From: the human T2T-CHM13v2.0 reference genome, Homo sapiens | NCBI RefSeq assembly: GCF_009914755.1 | Contig: NC_060926.1 | Length of the DNA stretch: 64,000 nt | Strand: one strand, 5' to 3' | Part shown: piece by piece, positions 12,630 to 27,165 of the stretch | Layout of the letters: every line of letters begins with the position of its first letter | Numbering within the stretch: position 1 is the stretch's first letter | Program-made: the position numbers and the translations under genes | The notes under the pieces: generated by a model | Databases searched by the model: none | Seen by the model: the letters and a program-made list of their open reading frames with translations, nothing else | What the model was told of the DNA's origin: nothing

Positions 12630-13620
12630 GTCAAATGGGAACATCTGTAACCTCATATCAGAGACTCTTTATAATAAATAAATAGTTCCTAGAAATCAAT
12701 AAGAAAAATCAACAACTCAGTATTGCAAAGAATGTTATTAGATGATTCACACATTTTTTAAAAAATGGTTTTAAACACAGGAAAGATGGTTGACTTCACC
12801 CAAAATTAGAGCTATGAAAACTAAACTGACATCAAAATATTATATTTACCTTTCAGCCTGGCAAAATTTAAAACTTTGTTCACACCCTCTTGGCAAAGTT
12901 ATGAAGAAACAGGCACTCATAACATTTCTACTCTAAGTATAAATTGACACACTTCCTAGAAAGTACAATTTAACAAATTAACCACATCACAAATACATAT
13001 ACTACCAATGCAGAGCATTTCCAAGATAAATTATTTGGAGAAAAAAATAAAGGTATGGAACCATATGCATAATATGGTACTTTTTAGTTACAGCGGAGAG
13101 AGGATAACATTTTTTTTTTTTTTGACAGAGTCTCATTCTGTCGCCCAGGCTGGAGTGCAGTTGTGCAATCTCGGCTCACTGCAACATCCACCTCCTAGGT
13201 TCAAGCGATTCTTGTGCCTCAGCCTCCCTAAAAGCTAGGATTATACGCACGCACCACCACACTCAGCTAATTTTCGTATTTTTTAGTAGAGACGGGGTTT
13301 CACCAAGTTGGCCAGGCTGCTCTCGAACTCCTGACCTCAGGTGATCTGCCTGCCTCGGCCTCCCAAAGTGCTGGGATTACAGGCATGAGCCACCAAACCC
13401 AGCCTAATATATCTATTACTATCTATTATCTAATAGTAATATACCTATTATCTAAAAATAACATAATATGCTTTATAAACATAAAGAAACTTTAGAAAAA
13501 TGCCCATGAAAGTAATAACATTGGTCCATGGAAATAGACTAGGCAGATTGTGGAAAGAAAACATATTACTGCATTCTTATGTGGGGCTGGAGAAGGGGGG
13601 AAATACATGGAAATAGCACA
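12630..13620 (+). mobile_element. Old L1M/L1ME 3' fragments, interrupted by an Alu
   Basis: aaatcaataagaaaaa...aaacacaggaaagatggttgacttcac...gaagaaacaggcactcata resembles the decayed L1 ORF2 end. Confidence 0.6.
13110..13404 (-). mobile_element. AluS (Sx/Sz-like)
   Basis: Poly-T followed by a full antisense Alu dimer. Confidence 0.93.
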
Positions 13621-14502
13621 TATACATTAAATGTAATAGAATCATTTATGTCAGTAGGTTAAAAAAAATCCCTCTTCTATCTTCAACAGATTTAATGATT
13701 GTGTGTTGATGCGTAGGAAAAGTGTAAGTAAAACTGTTTAAGGGCTTCCTTAACATTATTCCTTCATGATGAAATCTTGTCTGGCCCCAAACAAGCTAAG
13801 GGTGTCCCTTCTCAGCTCACTAGCAGTAACAGAATTCAAGACCTAGTGGAGTACCTGACCCCAAGATAAGAGCTCTGCTTGGTGCCCAACTTTTCTTCAA
13901 GACCTCAGGCCACTTTTAGCTCAACAGCAGATGTCCGACAGCCAGCAAATGAGCCAGTGTTGCTTGTTTCCATGTGAAATAAATTTAACTAATACTTAAT
14001 AATTTAAAAGACAAGCAGTTCTCAGTCCTTCTGAGCCCTTTTCTTTCTGCTACTGTCAATATTCACGCATTAATTCATAACTCTGAGCACCTACTATACG
14101 TTGCTTGCTGCTCTAGAAGCACCAGGTGGACCGCTCAAGAGTGCCCCCAAAACACCGCAGCTTAAATGACATATTCCAGGGTCAAGACTTAGCGGTGGGA
14201 CTATTTCACTCCTTGTTGTTGACCTCCAGGAAGTTGAAATTTAGTGATTCACAGCTTAAGGGGGAGAGCATAAATAAGCCCACGCACAAACCCAGAAAGA
14301 AATCGAGTTAAAGGAGAGGACAAGATTGTTGAGCTTGGCAAAGTGATAAGTGGTGCATGAGCCTTTTGCCCCTAAAAACAGTGGATTTATTTTTAAGTAC
14401 ACACATGCATATACATCACTGACTAGACGTGTGACTGGGGCAGTCATTTCACTCTCCAACATTCCACATCTGTTCCCTAAAAAGTGAAAGCTTGAGTTAG
14501 AT

Positions 14503-14685
14503 CAATGCTTCCCAACCTTTTTCCGTGATCACACCCCTACAGAGCCTTTTTAGACTCTTTTCCCATGTCACCCTCCATCATAAAATATCAATGCCACAGT
14601 TAAACTGTACAACTGAATATGCACTGTATGTATGTCTGCACTTTATACATAAAGAGTATTTTTTTACCTCCCAAGAGAATGCATG
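14503..14685. mobile_element. hAT-Charlie MITE (Charlie4z-like) inserted in a MIR remnant
   Basis: Ends caatgcttcccaacc and gagaatgcatg; 8-bp TSD-like agttagat/aattatat (6/8). Confidence 0.6.
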
Positions 14686-14737
14686 AATTATATCCACAAG
14701 AAGGATCTCCAAGATTCCTTCTTACTTTAAAACCAGG

Positions 14738-14995
14738 AGGATGGTGCAGTGTTGTGGAGAATAACTGTATGTACTTTGGTAACAGATGGATTTAAGTTCA
14801 AATCCTAACTCCACCTCTTGCTTATCACATGACCTTGAATATGCTATTTAACTTCTCTGATACTAAGTATCTTCATGTGTAAAACTGGTGGAATGATACC
14901 TTTCACAGAGGGTTGTCATAAACATCAACTGAGGCAAAGTGGGTAAAGCCTGGCAACTGAAACTGGCACACTAAGCAATCAGTAATTGGTAACTT
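14738..14995 (+). mobile_element. MIR SINE
   Basis: gttcaaatcctaactccac...atgaccttgaatatgctatttaacttctctg...gtaaaactgg. Confidence 0.8.
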
Positions 14996-15164
14996 TTCAC
15001 TTGGTTTATTTAAAATAAATCTGTACCTTACATCTGTATATCTAAAAAGTTAAGCACTGATCACAATATATGCAATAACTATAATCAATAAGTCAACAAC
15101 CTATAATGTACTTTCATTTGTGCCTGTAATGTAGCCCCAAATGTCAGCTTCTATCATGACTTCA

Positions 15165-15460
15165 AAATTCTATTCAACTTTCAAGACCGAAATTAAATGT
15201 CACCTGCTTCAATGAATCTTTCCTCAGTTTCATTAAATGTAGATCTCCCCATCCTTTCAGCTCCCATGGTACACTCTGTTTACATCACTAGGGAGTCAAA
15301 CATATTCCACTTTATAATTTATATTGATCTTAAGTGCCTTAAAGATAGGAAATCTGTTTTACTCCTCTTTGCTGCACACATGCACACACATACATACACA
15401 CACACACAAACTCAACATAATAGATTTTCAGAAAATGTTTGCTAGACCAATGAATTAGTG
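15165..15460 (+). mobile_element. L2 3' end containing a (CA)n microsatellite
   Basis: ttcaagaccgaaattaaatgtcacct...aaatgtttgctagaccaatgaat. Confidence 0.6.
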
Positions 15461-16974
15461 CTGCAAAGTTGGATCCCAAAGATCAAATGTCACATTAGTA
15501 CATTAACAACAAAAGGAAAAAGATAGTCTTAAATTAACATCTGTGTTAACATAATGACCTGTAAGAGAAATTAAAATATAGGTAGAAGTTTTTTAATTTT
15601 AAATCCTGAACATGAATCCCTAGTAAAAGCTCATCTTCCCATATTGTAGAGGTTGATGTAAAATCCTTCTGATAATAGTCAATTTATGAGACATATAAAA
15701 TTTTTAAGAGGCTATTCCAGGGAAGGTAAGGATGCCCCTAATACATATCAAACTTGAGTTCTATGAAAAGTGTACAGCGTGTCTGTGTATCAGCCAGAAG
15801 AGTATTCTGGATCTCTGCTCTATCACTGTTACCGCTGGTCATGTTTTGTCATGCTCTTGTCTCAGCTGGGGAAATTCTGTGATAAGAGAAACACATACGT
15901 CAAATGTAACAGCAGAAAGCAAAGAGAAGCCGGAGGGAGTAACTATGTGAAGCATTTGTTTTTTAGACTCTATGATGTTTTAAGCATATACCTAATGCTT
16001 TTTACACATGCTGAATAACCAGGCTAATTAAAAAGCCCATACAGCTCTTGTTAAAATCTGTTCAAATTTTTTGGAGCACCTGTTATAACAGAATGCCCAC
16101 AGACTTGATAGTTTAGAGCCAAGACACCTGCTACCTTATGTCTCACAGTATGTTCAGTTTTATACTGTTAGCAAAAAAATAAACACTTTTTGACATTTAG
16201 CAATCTTATACAAGAGATATGAAATTATCAGGAAGGAATGATAGTTTAACCCCTCCTGTGCTGCTCTGGGAAACCACACCCTTTCTTCTCTAGAAGGAAA
16301 TGGATGTCTAATTTTGTCCCATGAAGTTACTATGGCTTCTCTAATCATCTGTAATTATGCAAGGTTTTCTAAAGAGTACAAGTATCTTCTTGGAAGCTTA
16401 AAGCAGGGGATTTTCTAGTCTAAAGAAGTTCTCAGTGAGCTAACTTAGATACATGCATTTAAGTGATGGCCAATTTACAAATTAGCTTTTCAGTGAGCCC
16501 TTTAACAAAGCACATCACTGTTTTGACTTTGTCAACTGTTTATGAAACCCCCAGACAGGTTTGATGTGATTAATCCTGGTGATGTTTTTAACAGAACTTT
16601 ACTCGAAAATGCATTCACTTTTGAAGAACTATTATTATAATGTTCTATAGTTAGGAGTTTTCAGAGTCCAGATATATAAGTAGGAACATTTGAATATCTC
16701 TTTCAGATTCAATTATATGGTTAATAAACAAGTCTTTTAAGAATGACAATAAAATGGTTTTCAAGATATGTACTTTCTAAACAGCTGCCATTTTACCCGT
16801 AGTATTTCAGTCCCTTGAGGTCTGAAATGATGACTCATTTGACTGTGTTAGCCCAAAGTTGTACAATTAAGGGAACAAATATTTCACAAATACTTCACCT
16901 TGGTTAAAAAAAAAGTCTTTAATTTTATTGTCACAGTTTAAAATTTAATTTATGCTAATGACATTTCTATAACA

Positions 16975-17860
<886 letters not shown>

Positions 17861-18841
17861 ATAATGCATTAAATTTGGGAGGAAAGAAAAAAATGCGATG
17901 TATTATGGGCGTAATATAACATAATATTCTAAAAGTACTTCAAAATTTCCAGACTGTTACTTGGTTAACTCTAAATCAGTATTTAACAATATAAATCACA
18001 ATTTAATGTCTAATTATCATGATGAAAACAGCTTTTAAATGTTGAATGTGTATAGCTGTATTCAAATACAAGCTGTTTTGACTTTTAACCAACATACCAG
18101 AACTGGGAGTGATTTTATTGCATAATTAGAAAACAAACTGCAATATATTTTAAGATGTTTTTAAAGATAATGGGAAGCATTTTTAAATGTTCAAGAGAAA
18201 TGATGTTTTAATTCCTGTACATTTATAAGAATGGAAATTCTATTTGTGTTGGGCACCAGAGAATGTATAGTTCAGTATGTACCTTGTCATTTTGTGCTGC
18301 AAGCATCCCAAACCTGATATTCCTGGGGCCTATTTCCTAAAATGGACAAGAATCGATTATGTGACTGCTCCAGGGCTTGCAACTGAGGAACAATATATGG
18401 TGCATAGCCCTATAAATCCTCACCCTGGTGGTCAGGACCTATTCTGGGAAATAATTTGAAGCAGATAACTTACTTTCAGACATCCCTTCTCCCCTTCTTC
18501 AGAGGAGATTCTAGTCTTTCAAAAATAACTTTTCCATCCTCAAGAACTCTGCATCAGCCAGCTCCCCAAAACCATCAGATGAACAGACTAAATTATGCTA
18601 TACTTAATGTTTATATGCATTTTAAAAGAGAACAAAATTATGCCTAGAATTCACATAAGGAGTAAATTCTGACAAAGAAATAACAGGCTTCAGTAGGAAA
18701 TATTGTGGAGAGTGGATGAGGGAGATTGACACTGAGGCAGACTGAGACCAACAATCACACCACATCAGCCTGCTGGCCTTCTTGGGCAATGCTGGATTCA
18801 CTTTAGAAACCCACATTACTGCTTTGTGCAAGCAGTAATGG

Positions 18842-19216
18842 CATGCCAGTCATTAGTAATGCTTACCGTATACTTCTAGTTCTCCCCTTTCTGGACCATG
18901 ATAGGGTTCTATTTCCTGGCTCCTTTGTCAGGTGGGGCCACATGACTATCTCAGCCAGTGTTTGGGGAAATGGGTGGTGTACGACACTTCTGAGCCAGAG
19001 CATTTACTTACTCTAGGCCAGGGTGAGAGCCTGCAGAGCTATCTTTCCTCTGCCATGAAGACCAGCAAGAGTCCATAGCAGGTGCTCTGTTGAGAGCATC
19101 CTGGAGGAGGAAATAAACCTATGTGAGCAAGAAATAAATCTTTGTTTTTTTTAAGTTATTAACACTTGGGGGTTATTTGTTGCCACAATATAAACCAGCC
19201 TCTCCTTACTGATACA
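18842..19216 (+). mobile_element. MLT1I-like MaLR solo LTR
   Basis: cagtcattagt...ggtggggccacatgacta...gagcaagaaataaatctttg...cttactgataca. Confidence 0.75.
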
Positions 19217-19729
19217 TATGGGAGATACAGTATACATGCACAAGTGACTAAGAACAGCCTTCAGGGTTACAAAGGTAGTAATGACTGCTAAGTTATCACA
19301 ACTGTAAGTTTGACCTTAATTTTATAAAAACATTTTCCACTTGCTCATTAAGGCCTTTTCCCAAGTACAAATTTTGAGTACCTGCCTGGAAGGTGGTAAA
19401 TTACACAATTTGGAGACTGAGGAAATGAGACGCAATGTCTCTCTTTCTTTCTCTTTCTCCCTCCCTCCCTCTTACAGTTTGATGAGGAATTATCAATAAG
19501 AAAAAAAACCCTGGAAAGTGGATATCTAAACAACTTAGCACAAGATATTTTATTAAACTGCTATATAGAAAACAGTCTATTCATGAGAAAAGTTTATATA
19601 ATTCCAAGACACTTTAAATTCCTCAGTTTGTCACATTGACGCTACAGAGGAGGTCACATAGTAAATTGTTATAGTCGGAGAAAATCTCAGAAAAACCGAA
19701 CTTGATTCTTAGAATATCACCATCCCATA

Positions 19730-20015
19730 TTTCAATAGCACTTTCGAATTTGAAGAGTACTTTCTTGAATATCACCTTTCCCAGGCTCATTGTTTATCTG
19801 GCATGTGGCTCCTCTTCATGTGTATATACCCATACAACAACACTCTACATTTTCTGGGACAAGTTCTCTTACCTCCATACTACTGGAATGAAAACTGAAG
19901 TTCAGTAAGTCCAAGTGATTAACTAACCCAAGACCTTATGATCAATAAGTGAAAAGGTCAAGATTCACAATCAGATTTTCTTACTAAGTTCAGGGAATTC
20001 ACTCACTGTTCCACG
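19730..20015 (-). mobile_element. MIR SINE
   Basis: Antisense core gaaaactgaagttcagtaagtccaagtgattaactaacccaagacc. Confidence 0.55.
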
Positions 20016-20231
20016 GAAATAGAAACCATTGAAGGAAAAGACCCAGAAGAGTATCAGCCTATGGTCAGGGAAAGCTTCTGGGAAAAAGTGATACCTGTGT
20101 ACAAGCCTGTCACTGCCCTGCCAGGTGTATGTCTTTGTACTAGTCAGTGATTATCTTTGTATCTTCAGTGTGGTGCTCAACGCATGTTGAATGAATGAGC
20201 AAATGTATTGAATGAGTAAAGATGTCATTTT

Positions 20232-21532
20232 AATGTTTTTATTTAAGTTCGGGGATACATGTGCAGAACGTGCAGATTTGTTACATAGGTACATGTGTGT
20301 CATGGTGGTTTGCTGCACCTATCAATCCATCATCTAGGCTTTAAGCCCCACATGCATTAGGTATTTGTCCTAAATGTTCTCCCTCCCCTTACCCCCCAGT
20401 CCCCAACAGACCTCAGTTGTTGTTCCTTTCCCTGTGTCCATGTGTTTTCATTGTTCAACTCCCACTTATGAGTGAGAACATACAGTGTTTGGTTTTCTGT
20501 TCCTGTGTTAGTTTGCTGAGGATTACAGCTTCCAGCTTCATACATGTCCCTGCAAAAGACATGATCTCATTCCTTTTTACGGCTGCATAGTATTCCATGG
20601 TGTATATGTACCACATTTTCTTTATCCAGTCTATCATTGATGGGCATTTGGGTTGGTTCCAAGTCTTTGCTATTGAAAATAGTGCTGCAGTAAACATACG
20701 TGTGCAAGTGTCTTTATAGTAGTATGATTTATATTTCTTTGGGTATATACCCAGTAATGGGATTGCTGGGTCAAATGGTATTTCTGGTTCTAGATCCTTG
20801 AGGAATCGCCACACTCTCTTCAACAATGGTTGAACTAATTTACATTCCCACCAACAGTGTAAAAGCATTCCTATTTCTCCACAGCCTCGCCAGCATCTAT
20901 TGTTTCTTGACATTTTAGTAATCACCTTTCTGACTGGCAGGAGATGGTATCTCATTGTGGTTTTGATTTGCATTTCTCTAATGATCAGTGATGTTGAGCT
21001 TTTTTTCACGTTTCTTGGCTACATAAATGTCTTCGTTTGAGAAGTGTCTGTTCATATCCTTTGCCCACTTTTTGATGGGGTTGTTTGTTTTTTCCTTGTA
21101 AACTTGTTTAAATTACTTGTAGATTCTGGATATTAGCCCTTTGTCAGATGGGTAGATTGCAAAAATTTTCTCCCATTCTGTTGGTTGCCTTTTCACTCTG
21201 ATGATAGTTTCTTTTGCTGTGCAGAAGCTCTTTAGTTTAATTAGATCCTATTTGTCAATTTTGGCTTTTGTTGCAATTGCTCTTGACATTTTCATCATGA
21301 AGTCCTTGCCCATGCCTATGTCCTGAATGGTATTGCCTAAGTTTTCTTCTAGGGTTTTTATGGTTTTGGTTTTACATTTAAGTCTTTAATCCATCTTGAG
21401 TTAATTTTTGTATAAGGTATAGGGAAGGGGTCCAGTTTCAGCTTTCCACATATAGCTAGCCAGTTTTCCCAGCACCATTTATTAAGTAGGGAGTCCTTTC
21501 CCCAGTGCTTGTTTTTGTCAGGTTTGTCAAAG
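20232..21532 (-). mobile_element. L1PA8-like insertion, non-inverted 3' segment
   Basis: L1 3'UTR and ORF2 C-terminus (ORFs 20455-21009 and 21358-21555); left TSD aagatgtcatttt at 20219-20231. Confidence 0.93.
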
Positions 21533-21537
21533 GTTTG

Positions 21538-22082
21538 CACAAAATCAATGTGCAAAAATCACAAGCATTCCTGTATACCAACAATAGACAAGCAGGGAGT
21601 GAAATCATGAATGAACTCCCATTCACAATTGCTAGAAAGAGAATAAAATACCTAGGAATACAGTTAACAAGGGATGTGAAGGACCTTTTTAAGAAGAACT
21701 ACAAACCACTGCTCAAGGAAATGAGAGAGGCCCCAACAAATGAGAAAAATTCCATGCTCATGGATAGGAAGAATCAATATTGTGAAAATGGCCATACTGC
21801 CCAAAGTAATTTATAGATTCAGTGCTATTCCCATCAAACCACTATTGAAATTCTTCACAGAATTAGAAAAACTACTTTAAATTTCATATGGAACCAAAAA
21901 AGAGCGCGTATAGCTAAGACAACCCTAAGCAAAAAAAACAAAGCTGGAGGCATCACACTACCTGACTTCAAACTATACTATGAGGATACAGTAACCAAAA
22001 CAGAATGGTACTAGTACCTAAATAGACATATAGACCAATGGAACAGAACAGAGACCTCAGAAATAACACCACACACCTACAA
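21538..22082 (+). mobile_element. Inverted 5' segment of the same L1 (twin priming)
   Basis: ORF2 [17 protein letters not shown]...[15 protein letters not shown] on the + strand; right TSD aagatgatatttt at 22081-22093. Confidence 0.9.
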
Positions 22083-22101
22083 GATGATATTTTTAGATAT
22101 G

Positions 22102-22413
22102 CAGTCATCCTTGTTATCTGCAGGAGATTGGTTCTATGCCCACTCCCACCCCCTCCCCAGGATACCAAAATCCACAGATGCTGAAGTTCCTTATATAACA
22201 GAGTGTAGTATTTGCATATAACCTACCTACATCCCTCTGTATACTTTAAATCATCTCCAGATTACTTGTAATACATAATACAATGTAAATGCATTATAAA
22301 TAGTTACACTGTATTCTCTTTTAATTTGTTTTATTATTTTTTTAACATATTTTCAACCTGTGGCTGGTTGAATCCATGGATGTGGAACCAACACACACAC
22401 AGGGGGCTGACTG
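22102..22413. mobile_element. MER2 (TcMar-Tigger MITE)
   Basis: TIRs cagtcatcc.../...ggctgactg followed by ta; gtagtatttgcatataacctac...actttaaatcatctccagattactt. Confidence 0.85.
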
Positions 22414-22469
22414 TATATTGAACTTTCATTCTCAAGAGAACGCACATTAAATTCCCAAACTCACAATCC

Positions 22470-23786
22470 CAGGTCTTGACCTCTGACATTTGCAGGACCC
22501 AGGGCAACAGTACAAATAGGAGTCCACATACCATATGTCCAATTGTTTCAAAAGTAGAAAGCAAGCTGCTGGTGATTAGATAAAAGATATTCTATTCTCC
22601 TGCCTTGACAAACACATCTTTATAATGATAAAAAATTAAAGTGTGTGAAAAGCTATGATTTTTATATATAGTAATTGAAATTAAGCAAAATATCAAAAAG
22701 GAATAAATTGAATTTCATCATGTATGTATGTTCATAGGTTAGTAATGTTTTTATGACAAGTACAATACATATAATTCATAATTTATTATATATTATTCCA
22801 TAAAATGTTTGTCTTGCTTTAATTTCCATAGCATCACAAATGTTGTTATAATCAAGATTTTCACATTATTTGTGCTTTATTGATAGTAATGCCAAATTAG
22901 ACAAACTTTCTTGAGTCACTGTTGTTTTTAAATAAATTTTTATTAATTCCTGTTTAAAGAAACTTGGCTCTGCTGAGGCAATAGGGGCAGGAATTGTCAA
23001 GTTATTAATTCAATAGTTAGATTTAGAAATGAGTAAGATATACATGTCTTGCTCAGATATTGTAAAAGTGATATATTGATAAATTATTACAGAAAATATT
23101 GCAAAATATTTTTAACTTCACCATATGTATAGCTATTGCCTATATTGCAACTTTTATCATCTCTTAAAGCAATATGTAGATCTACTCATAATGTAAAAAA
23201 TCAATATCTTTTACATGCTTCAAAAATTTTAAGCTAAAACCTATATATATACACAAATCCGAGTAATATAAACTAATCCTACAGAATTTCTACAGCTTTG
23301 TGCAACTGTTTCAAATATTGCACTAATTTATGAGTACCTCTAGAACCACAAATTGGAACAAGAAGTGAAGCGAGAAAATAGACATTCAGCACTGGGATAC
23401 TTCACCATAACAAGAATCTATTTCATGCATGTTAATTAAGAGGGAGAATTTAACAAGTTAGACATTTATATTTTCATGTAGCTCAGTGTTTCCACTGCTC
23501 CTGGATTCCAAGTAGTGTGTGTCTTCCATACCAATAGTATTTCAACCCATACACTTCCATGCCATTTGAACGGGTGACTTTTGTTTTGAGGCCATCAAGC
23601 AGATTTGAAGAAGGATTTCTCTGTGGCCTGAATGGTGTTTGTCCTGAGACTGAATTTTTAGGATTACCAAGTGACAGAGGCACCCATGCATTCTTTAATG
23701 AATTCATTTTATGTGTGATACAAGGGGCCCTCTAAATTGTAGGACCTGGACAGAGACTCCTCTTTCCTGGGCTAAGAGCTGTACTC
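22470..23786 (-). mobile_element. Zaphod/MER115-type hAT-Tip100 transposon, internally deleted
   Basis: Both degenerate ends present; the minus frame 23000-22803 reads LTIPAPIASAEPSFFKQELIKIYLKTTVTQESLSNLALLSIKHK*CENLDYNN...KARQ, a hAT dimerisation domain. Confidence 0.8.
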
Positions 23787-23945
23787 ATTGCAGCAATGCA
23801 GAGGGACATTCCAAAAGGAATTAAGTCACTTATGTAAATCCTTCAGGAGAGATTTTGCCAGCCTCCTTTTCACCTTACCTCCTGTTCATCATTAATTATG
23901 CATGGTTGAGAAGATGTAAGAAAAACAAAATAGTATGATTTAGCA

Positions 23946-24162
23946 CAAGCTTGTCCAACCCGCAGCCTTGATCCCACGTGCAGCCCAGGACGGCTTTGAA
24001 TGTGGCCCAACACAAATTCATACTTTCTTAAAACATAATGTGATTTTGGGGGATTTTTGTTGTTGTTGTTCTCAGCTATCATTACTATTAGTGTATTTTT
24101 TGTATGGCCCAAGACAATTCTTCCAATGTGACCCAGGAAAGCCAAAATATTGGACACCCCTG
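23946..24162. mobile_element. MER30 (hAT-Charlie MITE)
   Basis: caagcttgtccaacccg...ttggacacccctg; 8-bp TSD atttagca/atttagta. Confidence 0.9.
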
Positions 24163-24170
24163 ATTTAGTA

Positions 24171-24345
24171 CATCTTACATTCTTAAGCATTGATATAAGC
24201 ACTTTATGTGCTTTAACATATTTTTATCTTCACAACCAAAGAAATAAATAATCTTATTATTCCTTTTTTTTAATGAGAAAATTGAGACACAAAGGTTACA
24301 CAACTTGCCTCAGGTCACAGAGCTGGGAAGCAGTGGAGCTGGTAG
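24171..24345 (-). mobile_element. MIR SINE
   Basis: atgagaaaattgagacacaaaggttacacaacttgcctcaggtcacagagct. Confidence 0.75.
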
Positions 24346-24464
24346 GACAGAAATTAGTCAATGATTCTTTTATTCCGTGACTTCTTCCTTCTTCAGGTCT
24401 TACTTTTGATTTGCTTTTTGATTAAAGATTTTCTCAAAACAGTGCTAACACATTTAACAATGTG

Positions 24465-24655
24465 TTAAAACTGCTTGGGTTCTAATCCTGACTCTACCAC
24501 TTGCCAACTGGGTATCCTTAGAAGTCACACTCTGTAAAGCAGAAACGGTCATAGTACCAATCTCATAGTGTTAATGTGAGAAATAAATCATGTAATAATG
24601 TACAGCATTTTTAATATTAGGTGCCATGTAAATGTTTGCTTTTGTTATTGTTCTG
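24465..24655 (+). mobile_element. MIR SINE
   Basis: ctgcttgggttctaatcctgactctaccactt...atagtaccaatctcatag. Confidence 0.65.
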
Positions 24656-24770
24656 TTATTATGTATGGTTTATTTTCTAAGCTGCCCAATATGGAAAAAA
24701 TCGTGACTTTCTTAGAGCTCTGTTGTGTGGTAGTTGAGTTAAAATATGAAAGACACTTAAAACAATGCCA

Positions 24771-25058
<288 letters not shown>

Positions 25059-25169
25059 CTTTGTATGTCCGTGTGTCAGTGGGGCTCATTCCAACATTTT
25101 GCCCCAGCACACTGAGGCGTGAGGCACGCTTCCAGAAGTAGCAGGGGCTACTGGGATATTTTGAGAGTA

Positions 25170-26040
25170 TTTAAATAGTGAGCAGAAGGAACAGATAAGG
25201 GGAGAAAGTAGAGAATTAAACATGAGAGAGAACAAAAGAACAATGAAAAGTGTGAGGCCTTGGAAGAACTGTGAGAAATGGAATTCAAAGGGTTATTAAG
25301 GAATTAACCTCAGGAAGGAAAAGGAGCACATATTCGTGTGTAATACAGGGTAACAAAGAATGACTAGTGAGAATGAAGATGTTTACAGATTAGTTGGCAG
25401 AACTGGGGGAAATTTCTCTCTGGTGACCTCAATTTTCCCTATAAAATAGGAAGTGAAGTCATCTGTTGGACATAGTGAGAGCCAAATTTTGAAGAGAGAA
25501 TAGAGGAAGTTTGAAATAGTAGCTGCAGAGAAGGGAAGAGATAATGGGACAGGCTTGAAGACCTAAATGACTTTACAATGGTTCAGAACACATGATGTGG
25601 CTGTGCGGTTTCCTTTAACACTGCTCAGAAATACTGTATGAGTTCAGGGAAAACAGCTGGGTTGGGGTTTTGCGAGGCTGTCACTATGGAAGGAAATACA
25701 GGTTTAAAGATACTGACAAAACAAAGGATGAAGTGATAAACCACAATGTCTAGATTCAGTTGACAAGGAAGATGACGGGGGAGTTGGGAGCAAGAAGTGG
25801 GGTTTATTTGGGGACACAGGTGACATTGAAGGATTGGGTGGCAGTAGCCAAATGTGAAGGTCACAAGGCAGTATAACTATGGTCAGAGATTTCCCAACAG
25901 TACAGATTTGAATGTAATATTTCAGAAGGTTCTGGATCATGACAGCATCAGGGTGCTGCCCTGGGAGGAGGGGCTGAAGAGAAACACAGTAAAAGTCCCT
26001 AGAGATGAGAAAATAAAGAAACTGAGAGGCCAAGCAATTG
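25170..26040 (-). mobile_element. L2 body fragment
   Basis: Purine-rich antisense L2-like sequence (ctctggtgacctcaattttccctataaaataggaagtgaagtcatctg). Confidence 0.55.
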
Positions 26041-26045
26041 GATGG

Positions 26046-26426
26046 TATATTAGTTTGCTAGGGCTTCCCAAGTGCCACAGACTGGGTGGCTTAAACCACA
26101 GAAATTCATTTCCTCACAGTTGTGGAGGCTGGCACTCTGAGATCAAGGCGTGAGCAAGGTCTTTCTTCAGAGGCTTGTCTTGGCTTGTCGGTAGCCGTAT
26201 TCTCCCTGTGCCTTTAAGTGTTCTTTCTTCTCTGTCTGTGAACTAATCTTCCCTTACAAGGACATGGGTCATATTGGATTGAGACCAATCTCCAAAGACT
26301 TCATTTAACCTTCATTAACTCTTTAAAGACCCCATTTCCAAATATAGTCATATCCTGGGGCACTAGAACTTAGGACTTCAACATATGAATGGGGATGGAG
26401 CTGAAAACACAATTTAGCCCACAACA
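26046..26426 (-). mobile_element. MLT1B-like MaLR solo LTR
   Basis: tattagtttgctagggc...ccacagactgggtggcttaaac...gaccccatttccaaatatagtca...acaatttagcccacaaca. Confidence 0.85.
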
Positions 26427-26959
26427 GAATGGTCATTCAGGAAGAGACAGAGGGCACCCAGAATGGTGGTAAAATGGGTAGAGATGATGAGGGGAAATGA
26501 GGTACCCAACTCTTCAGTGTTTAAGGTGGCTAATTAGCTTGTTGCTGTTTCATAGAGTTTGTGTATTCCTCCATATTATTTAGGATTCCAAGCCATTTTT
26601 TTGTGCAGTATTTTTTTCATAGACCCATAACCCATGTCAGTTTTTTTGTTGTAGTGTCAATTTTTGTCTTTTACCAAAGACAGGGATTGTGGCTTGTACA
26701 ACCCTATCCATTCAGCTAAGTGTGAGCCCCTCATTGACTGTGTAGCTGGAAATCTGGCTAAAATGACAAGTACCTGGACAAACATTCGTCATATATGACA
26801 GCATAAGACTAACAGAGAATCCACTCTCACTCCACCCCACTCTCACTCCATGGCTAGATTCTCTGACACACTGAACATAGAGCATAAAACAAAGCCTCAA
26901 CCTACAATGCACACACATACTCCTAGAACTCTTAGAACTTTCCCATTTTCTACCCTTGT

Positions 26960-27165
26960 CATAATAAAAATGCCTACCATTTATTGAACAAAGCATTGTA
27001 CAAGGTACTATGCTTTGTGCTGTACATTCACTATCTCATTTAATACTAACAGCAACCCTAGATGAGGAAATTGAGTAGAGAGAGGTTAAATAACCCACTT
27101 AGAGTCACCTAGCTAGTAAGTGGCAAGTCTGTCTGACTCTTCAAGTACTACATTCAACTACAGTG
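26960..27165 (-). mobile_element. MIR SINE
   Basis: ctaccatttattgaac...tctcatttaatactaacagcaacccta...gatgaggaaattgag. Confidence 0.8.

Noticed and set aside
20455-21009. 184-aa ORF and similar ORFs (4561-4977, 21505-21816, 29531-30142, 46277-47652)
   Set aside because: These are fragments of L1 ORF2 in 5'-truncated, frameshifted copies, not genes or active elements.
24446-24467. 9-bp hairpin taacacatt-taac-aatgtgtta (and similar short ones near 7784 and 9064)
   Set aside because: Short stems of this size are expected by chance in 64 kb of AT-rich DNA.
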